This document shows positions 11,087 to 24,511 of a stretch of DNA of 64,000 nt, one piece after another (the first letter of the stretch is position 1; each line of letters begins with the position of its first letter). A program made the translations under genes and the position numbers. The stretch lies in NCBI GenBank assembly GCA_963803435.1, contig CAWDML010000005.1, forward strand, positions 288,001 through 352,000, read 5' to 3'. The notes beneath the pieces were generated by a model. The model did not search any database. It had not been told where the DNA came from and saw nothing but the letters and a program-made list of their open reading frames with translations. The stretch is from an uncultured delta proteobacterium. Lineage in GTDB: Bacteria > Myxococcota > Kuafuiibacteriia > Kuafuiibacteriales > Kuafuiibacteriaceae.

Positions 11087-12664
11087 TCAGTGGTCCCCTC
11101 TCTCCTCCTCGATTGGCGGCGCCGCCCATCCCTCCGGAAACGGCGTGGGGTCGACGGTGCGGAACACCGCCCAGCCGTTGAAGTCGCCGACCCGCACGTG
11201 ATGTCCGCTCTTGGCGGCGCGCGAGATGATCCCGTCTCCGCGGAGGACCAGGTAGTCGAAGTCCATCCCGTGCGTCTGCGGGTTGAACGAGCCGGGCGCG
11301 CGCCAGAAGGGAGCCCGCGGTCGATCCTTTGTGAGGTGGAGCGGCTGCAGCGCCTGATCGAAGAGGAACGCCGTGTACGAGGCGCCGTCCGCCAGGTGAT
11401 AGAAGTAGAGGGATCCCAGCGCGTGGGCCTGGTGGGTGAGGTCGCCCGGCGGCACCACGGTCAGCGCCAGCACGCGCGCCCCCTTCGGCACCGCCCGCCG
11501 GACCGGATCGTACAGGCGGGCCCGCTCGTTGAACCAGAGGATGTGGTCCCGGTTGATCGACGCGTTGTGGAGCACGAGCAGGAGCGGCAGCCCCGCGAGG
11601 GCGCCGCCGAGCCGCCCCGACAGATCCACCCGCGGCAGGAGAAACAGGAGCAGCGCGGCCAGCGTGGCGAAGCGCGCGTGCACCATCCACACCGCGAACG
11701 GCCACTCGATCGAGGTGGGGCCCAGGAGGTACACGGCCGCCAGGCAGGCGGCGTAGATCTCGAGCCCGCGGCCGGTGGGCTCGCGCCGGGGCCGGACCAG
11801 GCTGAGGAGCAGCCACAGACCCAGCAGGCCGAGCAGGAGGTACATGGTGGTCCAGTGCTCGGCGCCGCCACGATCGAGCAGATCGCCGCCCAGATTGTCG
11901 AGCTGATGATCGAACGCGAAGCTGAAGAGCCGCGCCGGCGTGGTGGCCCCGGTGCCGGCCTCGTGCCACGGGGTCGAGATCGTATGGAGCAGGACCGGGA
12001 TCGCCGCGAGACCTGCAGGGAGCGCGGCCAGCGAGATCGTGAGGAGCGGCCGAAGGGAGCGCGCAGCGATCGACCGCGTCACGGTCCGGATGAAGACGGC
12101 GAGCGCGGTGACGGCGAGGACCATCGCGTGCCCGAGGTAGGTGAGCAGGATGAAGGCGGCCAGCCCGGCGAGGGTCTTCGCGCGCGGGGGGCCGCGGAGG
12201 ACCCGCTCCGTCCAGGCGAAGACGAAGAGCATCAGCGGCATGGCGAAGAGGAACGACGCGAAGCCCCAGCCGAGGTTCAGGCCGAAGAGCGCCAGCGGCG
12301 CCACCAGGCCCAGGCGCGGATCCCGCCCGGTGGACTCGGCGAGGAACGCGGCGCCGAAGGTGAACAAGGCGCTGCTGGTGAGCAGAGCGATCTTTGCGGC
12401 GGCCACCACGCCCGTGAGGCGTCCGAGCAGCGCTCCGAACGCGTAGAAGAGCAGGTACGGTGTGGGTAAGAACGACCGCTCGACGTAAGGCCCGCCGTGG
12501 CTGAACAGCGCGGTCAAACCAACGTGATTCGACCAGTCGATGTAGGGCAAGTAGTCGCCGGCGAAGAAGACCCAGGCATGCGCCAGGACTGCGGCGATCG
12601 CACCTGCCCAAACCACGGGATCCCGGAGCGTTTCACGGTGTTCCATAGAGGTCCGGTCAGTCAC
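11087..12664 (-). CDS. Polytopic membrane protein, possibly GT-C fold glycosyltransferase
   Basis: Many TM segments, acidic motif LPYIDWSNH in first loop, soluble C-terminal domain. Confidence 0.55.
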   Translation of the reverse strand: MTDRTSMEHRETLRDPVVWAGAIAAVLAHAWVFFAGDYLPYIDWSNHVGLTALFSHGGPYVERSFLPTPYLLFYAFGALLGRLTGVVAAAKIALLTSSALFTFGAAFLAESTGRDPRLGLVAPLALFGLNLGWGFASFLFAMPLMLFVFAWTERVLRGPPRAKTLAGLAAFILLTYLGHAMVLAVTALAVFIRTVTRSIAARSLRPLLTISLAALPAGLAAIPVLLHTISTPWHEAGTGATTPARLFSFAFDHQLDNLGGDLLDRGGAEHWTTMYLLLGLLGLWLLLSLVRPRREPTGRGLEIYAACLAAVYLLGPTSIEWPFAVWMVHARFATLAALLLFLLPRVDLSGRLGGALAGLPLLLVLHNASINRDHILWFNERARLYDPVRRAVPKGARVLALTVVPPGDLTHQAHALGSLYFYHLADGASYTAFLFDQALQPLHLTKDRPRAPFWRAPGSFNPQTHGMDFDYLVLRGDGIISRAAKSGHHVRVGDFNGWAVFRTVDPTPFPEGWAAPPIEEERGDH

Positions 12665-12675
12665 TCTAAGTAGCC

Positions 12676-15310
<2,635 letters not shown>

Positions 15311-15311
<1 letters not shown>

Positions 15312-15976
15312 TGCGTGGAGCCGGGGCCCTGCTCGTCCTCTCGACCGGCTGCATGCCGCCCTCGGTGAAGTCGGTCGACGACTGGCTGACCGAGTACGCG
15401 GCGGGGGACGTTGGAAAGACGGTCGCCCAGACCTGGTCCGGCGACCGCGCGCTGGTCCAGGCCGCCCTCGAAGAGCAGGCGAAGGATCCGAACGGTCCGC
15501 TGGCGCTCCTCCTGCCCCCGAAGCCGATCAGCCACGAGATCAGCGACCTTCTGGCCAAGGAGAGCGACGATCGCCACGTGGTGCTGGCCATGGTGACGAT
15601 GAAGAACCCGCTGCCGTTCGCGTCCGAGCGCGTGGGGGGCTCGCTGCCGAACATTCCCCGGACCCGGACCGAGGCGCGGCGCTTCCTCGCCGTCCGTGAG
15701 GGCGAGCGCTGGGGCGTGAAGCTGGACCTGGCCCGCGTGAAGGCACGAGCGGACTTTGCAGAGCAGGTCCTCGACGCGCTCTCTCGCCGTCAGCTCGACA
15801 CCGCCCGGGCGCTCCTCGAGCACGTGCCGCCGCCGCCGGACGATCCGAATGCGCTCACCACCCGCGACCGGATGGTGGACGAGCTGACCAAGGCGCTGGA
15901 GAAGAAGAGCCGCACCAGCACCGGCGCGGCGGAGGGCGCTCAGAGCGGTAGCCCGGAGTCGCCGAGCTTGCGGTAG
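15311..15976 (+). CDS. Hypothetical lipoprotein
   Basis: Short signal with STGC lipobox; start overlaps gyrB stop; host-like codon usage. Confidence 0.6.
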
Positions 15977-16815
15977 GCCTTGGTGTCCTTGAGGGCGCGC
16001 GCGGCCGTGAAGACCGCGAGCGGCGTGTCGAGCTTCGTCCCCGGCATCGCCTTCGCGAGGCTCGCCACGATCGACTTCGAGTCGGCGCGGAGGAACGGGT
16101 TGGTGCGGCGCTCCTCTTCGATGGTGGACGGCACGGCGCTGCCGCCTCCGGCCCGGATCTTCCACACGCGCCGGATGCGCTCGGCGAGGTCGGCGTTGTC
16201 GGGTTCGATCGACCACGCGAAGCGCAGGTTGTCCTGCGTGTACTCGTGGGCGCAGCAGACGCGCGTGGCGCCGTCGAGCGCGGCCAGCCGGGTGAGGCTG
16301 TCGAACATCTTGGCCGGCGGACCGGAGAACAGGAAGCCGCAGCCGCCTGCGAAGAGCGTGTCGCCGCAGAAGACGACGTCCCCGAAGACGTAGCTGATGT
16401 GCCCGTCGAGGTGGCCCTCGGTGCGGAGCACGCGGCCCCGGACCTCGCCGAGCCGAACCGTGTCGCCCTCGTCGACCGCCTCGGTGAGGCCGGGGACCTG
16501 GTCCCGCACGGGCTTGGGCCCGACGACGCGCAGGCTCGAGAGCAGGCCGCGCGCCTCGAGCGCTCGGTTGATGCCGATGTGGTCGTCATGGGTGTGCGTG
16601 TTGAAGATTGCGCCCAGCCTCAACCCATGCGCGCGCAGGTGATCGAGGATCGGATCGGCATCGGGCGGTCCGTCGACCACGGCCGTATCGCCCGTCGCCT
16701 TGGCGACCGCCACCCAGACCAGGTTGTCGTCGTAGACCACCGGGATCTGGTGCACCTCGAGCGCGCCGCCGGCGGCGGAGAAGGGCGGGGTCGGCTGGGT
16801 GACCGTATGAGCCAT
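15940..16815 (-). CDS. gloB: Hydroxyacylglutathione hydrolase (glyoxalase II)
   Basis: THTHDDHIG, GHLDGH, GDTLFAGGCG, CAHEYT, ERRTNPFLR. Confidence 0.93.
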   Translation of the reverse strand: MAHTVTQPTPPFSAAGGALEVHQIPVVYDDNLVWVAVAKATGDTAVVDGPPDADPILDHLRAHGLRLGAIFNTHTHDDHIGINRALEARGLLSSLRVVGPKPVRDQVPGLTEAVDEGDTVRLGEVRGRVLRTEGHLDGHISYVFGDVVFCGDTLFAGGCGFLFSGPPAKMFDSLTRLAALDGATRVCCAHEYTQDNLRFAWSIEPDNADLAERIRRVWKIRAGGGSAVPSTIEEERRTNPFLRADSKSIVASLAKAMPGTKLDTPLAVFTAARALKDTKAYRKLGDSGLPL

Positions 16816-16853
16816 CGCCCATCGAAACCACGGCCCACCCCGGGGATCAAGGA

Positions 16854-18752
16854 TCAGAAGCGGAACGTGAAGTGCGCGTGCCGCGCGGGCCGGTAGCCTT
16901 CGTCGATCCGGAGCGACCAGATCGCCTCCGTGAGGCATTCGGCGCCTTCGTCCGCCGCCACCGAGACGTCGGCAATCTCGTCGCGGGTGGTCTCGATCGC
17001 GACCTCGACCCCGCGCGCGCCGCACGCGTCGACGAACGCACTCACCTGCCGGCGCAGCGGTTCGCCCGTGATGCCGTAGCTGGTGCCAAAGCCATTGCAC
17101 CCGCAGGAGTAGCTCGTCCCGAAGCCGCGGGCGCCCAGGCAGAACGTCTCGAAGACCTCCTCCGGCGGCGGCAGCGGATCGCGCCCGCCCATCTCGGCGA
17201 GGTACGAGGTCTCCTCCGACACCACGCCGCCCGCCTCCGCGACCTCCCGGAGCTCCTCCGAGGTGAGCGCCTGGACGGTACCGACGAGGATCGCCGGCAT
17301 GGCGTCGTCGACCTCGCGCGAGCGCCCGCGCTCGAGCGACACCTCGGTGCTCCACAAGCGTCCGCGGATCTCGATCCGATCGGGCGCGCCGTGAGACAGG
17401 AGCGCGATCGTGTGCTGGCCGCGCCCGCGCTCGAGCGTGGGATCGTGGGTGACGCCGTCGAGGCCTGCCAGCTCGATCGCGTCGAGCCGGATCGGGTGCA
17501 CCAGCTCCTCCGCCACCTCGATCGCGCGATCGGCGGTCGGATCGCCGTCGAGGGTACCGAAGACGCCTCCGGTGGCCTCGGGGAGGGCGGCCCAGGCACC
17601 ACCCGGATCGAGCGACAGCGACGGATCGAGCTCGGGATCGACCTCGTGCCGGAGAAGGTGGAGGACGGCGGGCCCCAGCGACTCGCGGGCGGCCTCGGGG
17701 TCGAACGCGTCGCGAAGGAGGAGGTCGGAGGTGGCCACGACCCGCGTCTCGCCGCCGGCGCTGTCCAGGATCGAGGTGGCGAGCGCGAGGCCGCCGTCGA
17801 GCGACGATCCGTTGCCGAGGGCGCGCCGCTCCGCCGGGAGGGCCGCCACGGCGTCCGCGAAGTCGCGGGCCGGGACCATCCGCTCGAACAGCCGCTCGGC
17901 CTCGCGCCGGAACACCACCACCTCCACGGAGGCGTCCGGTACCCAGTCGAGGTAGGCCCGGGCCCAGCCCAGCTGATCGGCCAGCGCGACGTCGCCCATG
18001 CTGTACGATCCGTCGATGAGGAAGACCACCGTGGGCGCCGCCGGGATGGGCGCCAGCTCGGGTGGTGCGTCGATCGCCACGCGGACCACCGACCGTTCGC
18101 CGGCGCGCTGGACCGCATAGGTGGCTGACAGCGAGGGCAGCGGGTCGAGCTCGATCACCACGCCCGCACCCTCGAGCGCGGTCGCGTTCGGATCGCAGGC
18201 CGACTCGAAGTCGTCGGTGTCGAGCCGATCACGGATCTGACCCGGACCCGAGAACAAGGGCGGGTCCTGCGGATCGAACGGGTAGTCGAAGAGCGTGCGG
18301 CCGTTCGCGTGGCAGGTCGGGAGCGTGACGCGGTACTCGATCTCCACCGTCTCTTCGGGCGTGATCGGATAGGCGCGAAGCCGCAGGCGACCCGGTTCGT
18401 CGAACGCCAGCAACGCGGGTGGCGGCGCACCCGCCACGGCGCTCCCCTCCACGCCAGCCAGCCCGCTCAGGACTCGATAGCGCTGCTCGGCGAGGTTGGC
18501 GTCGAGGAGCTCGCCGCCATACCAGCGCCCGTCGATGGCGAAGCGGAAGCGATCGACGGCGCCGGCGGTGGGCAGCGGAACCGCCAGATCCAGCTCGGGC
18601 GTCTCGACGCCGCGGTAGGCCCGGTGGACGGTCATCCGCGCCACACCGTCCTCGACCTGGTACTCGACGTCGTGGGTCAGGGGCGCGAGGGTGGGCTCGA
18701 ACGCCGGCGCACCGCATCCCACCGCCAGGAGGAGAGGAAAGAGGATCCGCAT
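16854..18752 (-). CDS. Lipoprotein with VIT-like and vWA domains
   Basis: Lipobox VGC; VIT-like N-terminus; MIDAS VFLIDGSYSM; VSEETSYL motif. Confidence 0.75.
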   Translation of the reverse strand: MRILFPLLLAVGCGAPAFEPTLAPLTHDVEYQVEDGVARMTVHRAYRGVETPELDLAVPLPTAGAVDRFRFAIDGRWYGGELLDANLAEQRYRVLSGLAGVEGSAVAGAPPPALLAFDEPGRLRLRAYPITPEETVEIEYRVTLPTCHANGRTLFDYPFDPQDPPLFSGPGQIRDRLDTDDFESACDPNATALEGAGVVIELDPLPSLSATYAVQRAGERSVVRVAIDAPPELAPIPAAPTVVFLIDGSYSMGDVALADQLGWARAYLDWVPDASVEVVVFRREAERLFERMVPARDFADAVAALPAERRALGNGSSLDGGLALATSILDSAGGETRVVATSDLLLRDAFDPEAARESLGPAVLHLLRHEVDPELDPSLSLDPGGAWAALPEATGGVFGTLDGDPTADRAIEVAEELVHPIRLDAIELAGLDGVTHDPTLERGRGQHTIALLSHGAPDRIEIRGRLWSTEVSLERGRSREVDDAMPAILVGTVQALTSEELREVAEAGGVVSEETSYLAEMGGRDPLPPPEEVFETFCLGARGFGTSYSCGCNGFGTSYGITGEPLRRQVSAFVDACGARGVEVAIETTRDEIADVSVAADEGAECLTEAIWSLRIDEGYRPARHAHFTFRF

Positions 18753-18889
18753 CCGAGATGGGACAGTGGTCGGCGGGCAGGAGTTCCGTGGGAGAGAAAA
18801 GGGCGACGAACGACCGGGCCTAATTGCCTCCCCTAGATCCGATCATCCGCCGCCTCAACCTCTCCTACGGCGGACCCAAGACGATCTTC

Positions 18890-20065
18890 CTACGCGTTCA
18901 GGTTGCAGAAGGCCTCGTAGTCGATCAGCTCAGTAATCGTCGGATTGTCGCCACAAACCGGGCAGTTGGGATCACGCCGCAGCTTGAGCTCGCGCCACTT
19001 CATCTCGAGGGCATCGAACTGTGAGAGCCGTCCCACCAGCGGCTGGCCCTTCTTCAAGACCAGCTTGATGGCCTCCATCGCCTGCAGCGTCCCGACCAGG
19101 CCGGGCAGCGCACCGATCACACCGGCCTCAGCGCAGCTCGGAGCCATCCCGGGCGGCGGCGGCTCGGGGTAGAGGCACCGGTAGCACGGTCCGCCCAGCG
19201 ACGGCGCGAACACGGAGGCCTGGCCCTCGAACTGGAAGATCGAGCCGTGCACGTTGGGGAGCTTGCGGAAGACACAGGCGTCGTTGATCAGGTAGCGGGT
19301 CTGGAAGTTGTCGCAGCCGTCGACGACGATCTCCCAGCCGTCGTCGAGGATCCGCATGATGTTCTCGGAGGTGATGAACTCCCGGTACTTCGTCACCTGG
19401 ACGTCGGGGTTGAGATCGCGCATCGCGCGCTCGGCGCTGTCGACCTTCGGCACGCCCGCGTCCTCGTTGCGGTGGAGGATCTGTCGCTGCAGGTTGGAGT
19501 AGTCGACGACGTCGGGATCGACGATCCCGATGTGGCCGATCCCGGCCGCCGCCAGGTAGAACGCCGCCGGGGAGCCGAGCCCGCCCGCGCCGACCAGCAG
19601 GATCTTGGCGTCGAGGAGCTGCGCCTGGCCCTCCTCGCCGACCTCGTCCAGCAGGATGTGGCGGGAGTAGCGGACCTTCTGCTGCTCGGTCAGCTGGCGC
19701 TCCACCTGCCAGGGGAAGCCGGCGTTCTTCCAGGCGGTGAAGCCGCCGGACATGGAGGTCACGTTCGTGTAGCCCATCTCCTCCAGCGTGCGGGCCGCAA
19801 ATGCGCTGCGGTTGCCGCCCGCGCAGTAGACGATGATCTCCCGGTTGCGATCGCGCTCGACGCTCTCGATCTTCATCTCGAGATTGCCGCGCGCGATGTG
19901 CTTGGCTTTGGGGATGATCCCGGTCGCGACCTCGTGTCCCTCACGAACGTCGAGGAGCAGCGCGTTGGGATTCTGCTCCAGCTTGACGCGCACCTTGTCC
20001 GGGGGGGCTTCCTTGATCCTCGCCTTGGTTGCTTGTAGGAGCTGTTCTTTGGTGACGGAAGCCAT
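18890..20065 (-). CDS. moeB: Molybdopterin-synthase adenylyltransferase MoeB with N-terminal rhodanese domain
   Basis: LLDVRE and CAGGNRS (rhodanese); RYSRH, GAGGLGS, SNLQRQ, CYRC, CPVC (ThiF/MoeB). Confidence 0.93.
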   Translation of the reverse strand: MASVTKEQLLQATKARIKEAPPDKVRVKLEQNPNALLLDVREGHEVATGIIPKAKHIARGNLEMKIESVERDRNREIIVYCAGGNRSAFAARTLEEMGYTNVTSMSGGFTAWKNAGFPWQVERQLTEQQKVRYSRHILLDEVGEEGQAQLLDAKILLVGAGGLGSPAAFYLAAAGIGHIGIVDPDVVDYSNLQRQILHRNEDAGVPKVDSAERAMRDLNPDVQVTKYREFITSENIMRILDDGWEIVVDGCDNFQTRYLINDACVFRKLPNVHGSIFQFEGQASVFAPSLGGPCYRCLYPEPPPPGMAPSCAEAGVIGALPGLVGTLQAMEAIKLVLKKGQPLVGRLSQFDALEMKWRELKLRRDPNCPVCGDNPTITELIDYEAFCNLNA

Positions 20066-20155
20066 GGTTTCTTCGGCCCATTGTGCCTCGGGGCCGCACT
20101 CGGCCGCCATTGGATTTTGTGGGCAAAAGCCGAGCGGAAGGCCTATCCTGCCCGG

Positions 20156-21188
20156 ATGAGCCGGCTCCCCATCGTGTCGGCCCACGTCCCCGGCTGGCTC
20201 TCGGACGTCCAAGGACGCAGCCTTCGGTACCTTCGCCTCTCGATCACCGATTCGATGCGACCTCAAATGCACCTACTGCATGCCCGCGGAGGGGGTGCCC
20301 GCATCGGCCCGCGAGGACGTCCTCACCTTCGAGGAGATCGTCCAGGTCGCCCGTGTCTTCCGTGGCCTGGGCGTCCGGACGATCCGGCTCACCGGCGGCG
20401 AGCCGCTGGTTCGCAAGAACGTCGCCGACCTGATCCGCATGATCCGCGACGAAGCCGGCATCGAGGATCTGGCGATGACCACCAACGCCACCGCCCTCGA
20501 TCACCTCGCGCGCGATCTCGTCCGCGCCGGGCTCAAGCGGATCAACGTCTCGGTCGACTCGCTGGATCCGGAGCGCTTCCGCACCGTCACCCGCGGCGGC
20601 GAGCTCGAGCGCGTGGTCCGAGGTATCGACGCGGTCCGAGAGGCCGGCATCGGTGAGATCAAGACCAACACGGTGGTCGTTCGCGACGTGAACGACGGCC
20701 GGGCGCTGGCCGATATCGTCGAGTGGGCCTGGGAGCGCGACATCACGCCGCGTTTCATCGAGCTGATGCCGCTGGGCGAAGGCGCCAAGCTGGGGCGCCA
20801 CGCCGTCGTTTCGGTCGCGGAGATGAAGCGCGCGATGGCCGAGCTCATCGAGGACGATCCACCGGAGCATCGGCTCGATCGCGGACCGGCCGGCTACCTG
20901 CGCTCGAAGCACGATCCCGCGCGCCGCGTCGGTTTCATCGGAGCGGTGACGGAAAACTTCTGCGACCGCTGCAACCGTGTGCGCATCAATGCGCGCGGCG
21001 AGACGCGCGCATGCCTTGCGTCACCGTCGGGTGTCTCACTCCGCGATCTCATCCGCGCCGGCCTCGACGACCACGCGCTCCGCGAAGCGGTAGAAACAGC
21101 GCTGTTCGGGAAGGGTGCAGGCCACGAGTTCTACGTCGACGGCGTGGTCCGTCATCACGCGGTCGACATGTCTCGCATCGGAGGATAA
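20156..21188 (+). CDS. moaA: GTP 3',8-cyclase MoaA (apparent frameshift at ~20251)
   Basis: YLRLSITD then CDLKCTYCMP, RLTGGEP, FIELMP, FCDRCNR...CL, C-terminal MSRIGG. Confidence 0.95.
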
Positions 21189-21200
21189 ACACGACGCCTC

Positions 21201-21419
21201 GTGCGAATCGACGTGGAGCTCGGAGACAACGACGGTGCGCCGGTGCGAATACGCCTCGGCGAAGATTGGTTGTCGGTCACGGAGGTCCTCGATCGCTGGC
21301 TCGCCCGGGAGCATCGCTACTTCAAGCTCTGTGCGGGCGGAGATCGCTACATCCTGCGGCACGACATCCCGAACGGCGTCTGGGACATGACCTTCTTCGT
21401 CGCTAACGGATCGAGCTGA
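21201..21419 (+). CDS. Small hypothetical protein
   Basis: 72-aa ORF with VTEVLDRW...YFKL...YILRHD, co-oriented after moaA. Confidence 0.6.
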   Translation: MRIDVELGDNDGAPVRIRLGEDWLSVTEVLDRWLAREHRYFKLCAGGDRYILRHDIPNGVWDMTFFVANGSS

Positions 21420-22311
21420 GGAATCGCACCATCTCCGGGAGGAGCTGCTCCGGGCACTCGACCTCCGCCAGATGTCCGCAGCCCGCCATCTCCACCAGCC
21501 TCGCGTTCTTCATCCGGCTCGCGAATCCGTCGTTGAGCCAACGTCGGACCAGGAGGTCGTTCTCCGCGTGGATCACGAGGGTCGGGGCCTCGATCTTCTC
21601 GAGCGCGGGCGCGTAGTGCGCCACCGATCGCAGGATCTCGCTGGTGGTCCGGCACCACTGCCGCCACTCCGCGGAGCCGCGGAGCCCGATCAGATCCTCC
21701 CGCAGTCGGACGGCCGTGGCGCTGTGTCCGATCGACACCGCTTCGATCCCGACGCGCCAGGCCTCCTCGGAGAGCGTCTCCAGCGCGCGCGGATGAGAGA
21801 GAGAGTCGGAGAAGGCCAGGATCACGTCGGGGAGCGGCTGACCTCCCGGCGCCGCCACCAAGATCAACCCCGCGACGCGCTCCGGTGCCTCCAGCGCGGT
21901 GGCGACCGCGGTTGCGCCGCCGAGCGAGTTGCCCCCCACGACCGCGCGCGCGACCCCGAGCGCGTCCAACACGTCGAGCACGGCCGCGGCCATGCGGCGC
22001 ATCGGATAGGAGCCAGGCACCTTCGACGACTTTCCGTGCCCCGGAAGATCGATCAGCACCACCCGCCGCTCGCGGGCCAGCGCGGGCGCGACGTCGTGCC
22101 ATACCATCATGTTGAAGCCCCAGGGGTGGAGCAGGACGAGCGGCGGCCGCTCCTTCGGACCGTCGAGCACGGCGTAGTAGAGCGAGGCCTTGGCGCGCCG
22201 TCCCCAGATCGTGTGCGCGTCGGCGTAGCCGTAGTCGACGTCGTCGAAGCTGTGGTAGGTGGCCGACGCGCAGCCGGACAGCGCGAGCGAGCACAGGAGT
22301 ATCCGGAGCAT
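21403..22311 (-). CDS. Alpha/beta fold hydrolase lipoprotein
   Basis: Lipobox LSGC; DLPGHGKS, GNSLGG nucleophile elbow, END acid and CGH His. Confidence 0.9.
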   Translation of the reverse strand: MLRILLCSLALSGCASATYHSFDDVDYGYADAHTIWGRRAKASLYYAVLDGPKERPPLVLLHPWGFNMMVWHDVAPALARERRVVLIDLPGHGKSSKVPGSYPMRRMAAAVLDVLDALGVARAVVGGNSLGGATAVATALEAPERVAGLILVAAPGGQPLPDVILAFSDSLSHPRALETLSEEAWRVGIEAVSIGHSATAVRLREDLIGLRGSAEWRQWCRTTSEILRSVAHYAPALEKIEAPTLVIHAENDLLVRRWLNDGFASRMKNARLVEMAGCGHLAEVECPEQLLPEMVRFLSSIR

Positions 22312-22313
22312 CG

Positions 22314-23862
22314 CTATCCGTCGCCCTCGGGCAAATCATCGGCGGGCGCTTGGAGGTCACCCTCGGGGAGATCGTCGCCGGCCTCGCTCTTTTCGGGCAA
22401 CGTCACGTCCACGAACTGGGTCTTCTTGAGCTTCACGTCCTTCTGCCAGACGACGTCGGGTCCCGAGACCACCTTGATGTCGTAGACGCCGGGCGGGACC
22501 TCGAGGCGAGCGCCGCTCTGACCGCGCGCGGTGGGCTTGGCCGCGCCGGGGCGGTACACCATCACCTGTGCGTCGCCCGCGATCGCCTGCCCGCGGTGCG
22601 CTCGCACGGTCAGCAGCGCGCGCTCGAAGCGGACGGTGCGCGCCAGCTTCTCGCGAAGCTTCACCAGGAAGGGGCCGTCGATCTCCACCGAGCCGTCCTC
22701 GAGCTCGGCGGCGATCTCGTATCTGCCCGGCCAGAGGCGCCAGCTCCCGTCCGGCTCGGGCTCGACCGTCTCGCCGCCGCCGGCGAGGCGGAGCACCAGC
22801 TTGGCCTCGGTGGGCGCGCCGTTCTTCAGCGCGTGCGCCGATAGCGTCGCCGGCGTCAGAATCAATCGTGCGCTTGTCGTTGCCGCCAGCGCGGACGGCG
22901 ACGTTCTCCTCGAGCACGTGCCCGAGCGGTCCGGCGGCCTTGGAGTCGATGGTGAGATCGTAGCTGCCGGGCGTGAGGCTCACCGTGCCGGGCGCGGGGA
23001 AGTAGTTGAAGAAGTCGGACGCGCCCGGCTTCGAGAGCCGTACGGTGGCGTCGACCGGCTTGCCGTCCTGGACCACGGTCACCGTCAGCTGTCCGGTGGT
23101 GAAGCGCTCCTGGACCTTCGTGACCTTCGCGGCCTTGACCCAGACGTCGCGATCGACGGTGGCGAAGTCGGCGGCGTCGCGCAGCTCGGTCGTGATCGTG
23201 TAACGGCCGCTGGGGAGGCGCATCTCCTGGCCGGTCTCCACCAGCCCGGCCTCCTTCTTCTTCCCGAACCGGAACGCACGCACCGAGGCGCCCGCGCTGC
23301 GCCCGTTGTTGGTGGTCGTGACGATCAGACCGCCGTCCGACAGGTCGGCGGCCAGCACCGTCGTCTTCTTGCCGCCGATGCGCACGGCCTCGAGCAGCGT
23401 CTCGGCGTCGGGGGACGCCTTGTCTTCGAGGATCACCAATGCGTCGAGCTTACCGGCCGCCACCACCGCGCTCTGGTTCGCCGGGATCTCGAACAGCGGC
23501 GGCCCGTCGGCGCCGCCGGGCGGGAAGAAGCGCACTGTCGCCTGCAGCAGGACACCGTTGCGGCGGGCTTCGACCCGCACGCGGGCAGGAGAGACCTCGA
23601 TCCTGGGCTGCGCGGAGGCGCCGGCCTTCACCCGCACGTTCGGCTCGAACACCACCAGCGTTCCGTCCTCGTGAGGACACGCGACGCGGAGCCCGTACAT
23701 GCCCTCCGCGAGGTCGAGCGCGCCGTCGCCCTCCTTGGTCTCCCCAGTGGCGGAGAGGGCGGCGAGGTGGCAGGCCAAGGGCTGGCCGTCGACCCGGATC
23801 TGGGGCTCGACGCGGCCGTCGGCGGCGGTCAGGAGGGCGCCCACCATGGCGAGAGAGAGCAT
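22314..23862 (-). CDS. Exported protein with repeated beta-sandwich domains (frameshift at ~22861)
   Basis: Signal peptide; repeated PGxYxI modules continue across ORFs 22357..23862 and 22314..22865. Confidence 0.65.
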
Positions 23863-23886
23863 GGCGCGCCCCCGATCCGAGCCTCA

Positions 23887-24390
23887 TCAGACGCGTTCGT
23901 CAAGGCGCGGGCGTTCGACGCGGCGGCGTGCCAAGAGCAAGGCCGCCGCCCCGGCCATGATCGCAATGTCGGCCACGTTGAAGATGCCGGTGCGAACCTG
24001 CCCGATCCCGACGTTCAGGAAGTCGACCACGCGCCCGTCGTTCACCACGCGATCGATCAGATTGCTGATGCCGCCCCCCGCCATGAGGCCGAGCCCGACG
24101 AACTGGAGGTTCGACATCCGCCAACGGGTCACCACCACGATCAGCAGGCCGATCAACAGGCCTCCGTTGGCGACGGTGAGGATCCAGAAGCGAACCGTCT
24201 TCGGGAGGGTCTCGCCGAGGCTGAGGAAGGCCCCCTCGTTCTCGGTATGGTGAAGTCGTACCAGGTCGTGGAAGAGCGAGATCTCCGGCCGGCCACCGAT
24301 CGTCTCCGTCGCGATCGACTTGGTGACCTGGTCGCAGCCGATCGAGCCGAAGAGGAGCAGGAAGAGCAGCAGGAGACGCCGGATCCGCAC
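23887..24390 (-). CDS. lspA: Lipoprotein signal peptidase II
   Basis: DQVTK, NEGAFLSLG, SNLIDR, VVDF, IFNVAD. Confidence 0.95.
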   Translation of the reverse strand: MRIRRLLLLFLLLFGSIGCDQVTKSIATETIGGRPEISLFHDLVRLHHTENEGAFLSLGETLPKTVRFWILTVANGGLLIGLLIVVVTRWRMSNLQFVGLGLMAGGGISNLIDRVVNDGRVVDFLNVGIGQVRTGIFNVADIAIMAGAAALLLARRRVERPRLDERV

Positions 24391-24511
24391 GGTCTCGTCG
24401 CAACATCCTCGGCGTTTGGTTTCTTCCCCGCGTGTGACTGTTCGCACGCCTTCATCCGGCGGGGGTTGGATGGCAGAACTGACGACGCAGCGCGTATCAA
24501 CGAGGGCCGTG

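Noticed and set aside
18890-20065. Rhodanese-ThiF fusion as a ubiquitin-like defence or RiPP enzyme
   Set aside because: Divergent from moaA and has a standard MoeB architecture; Moco biosynthesis explains it
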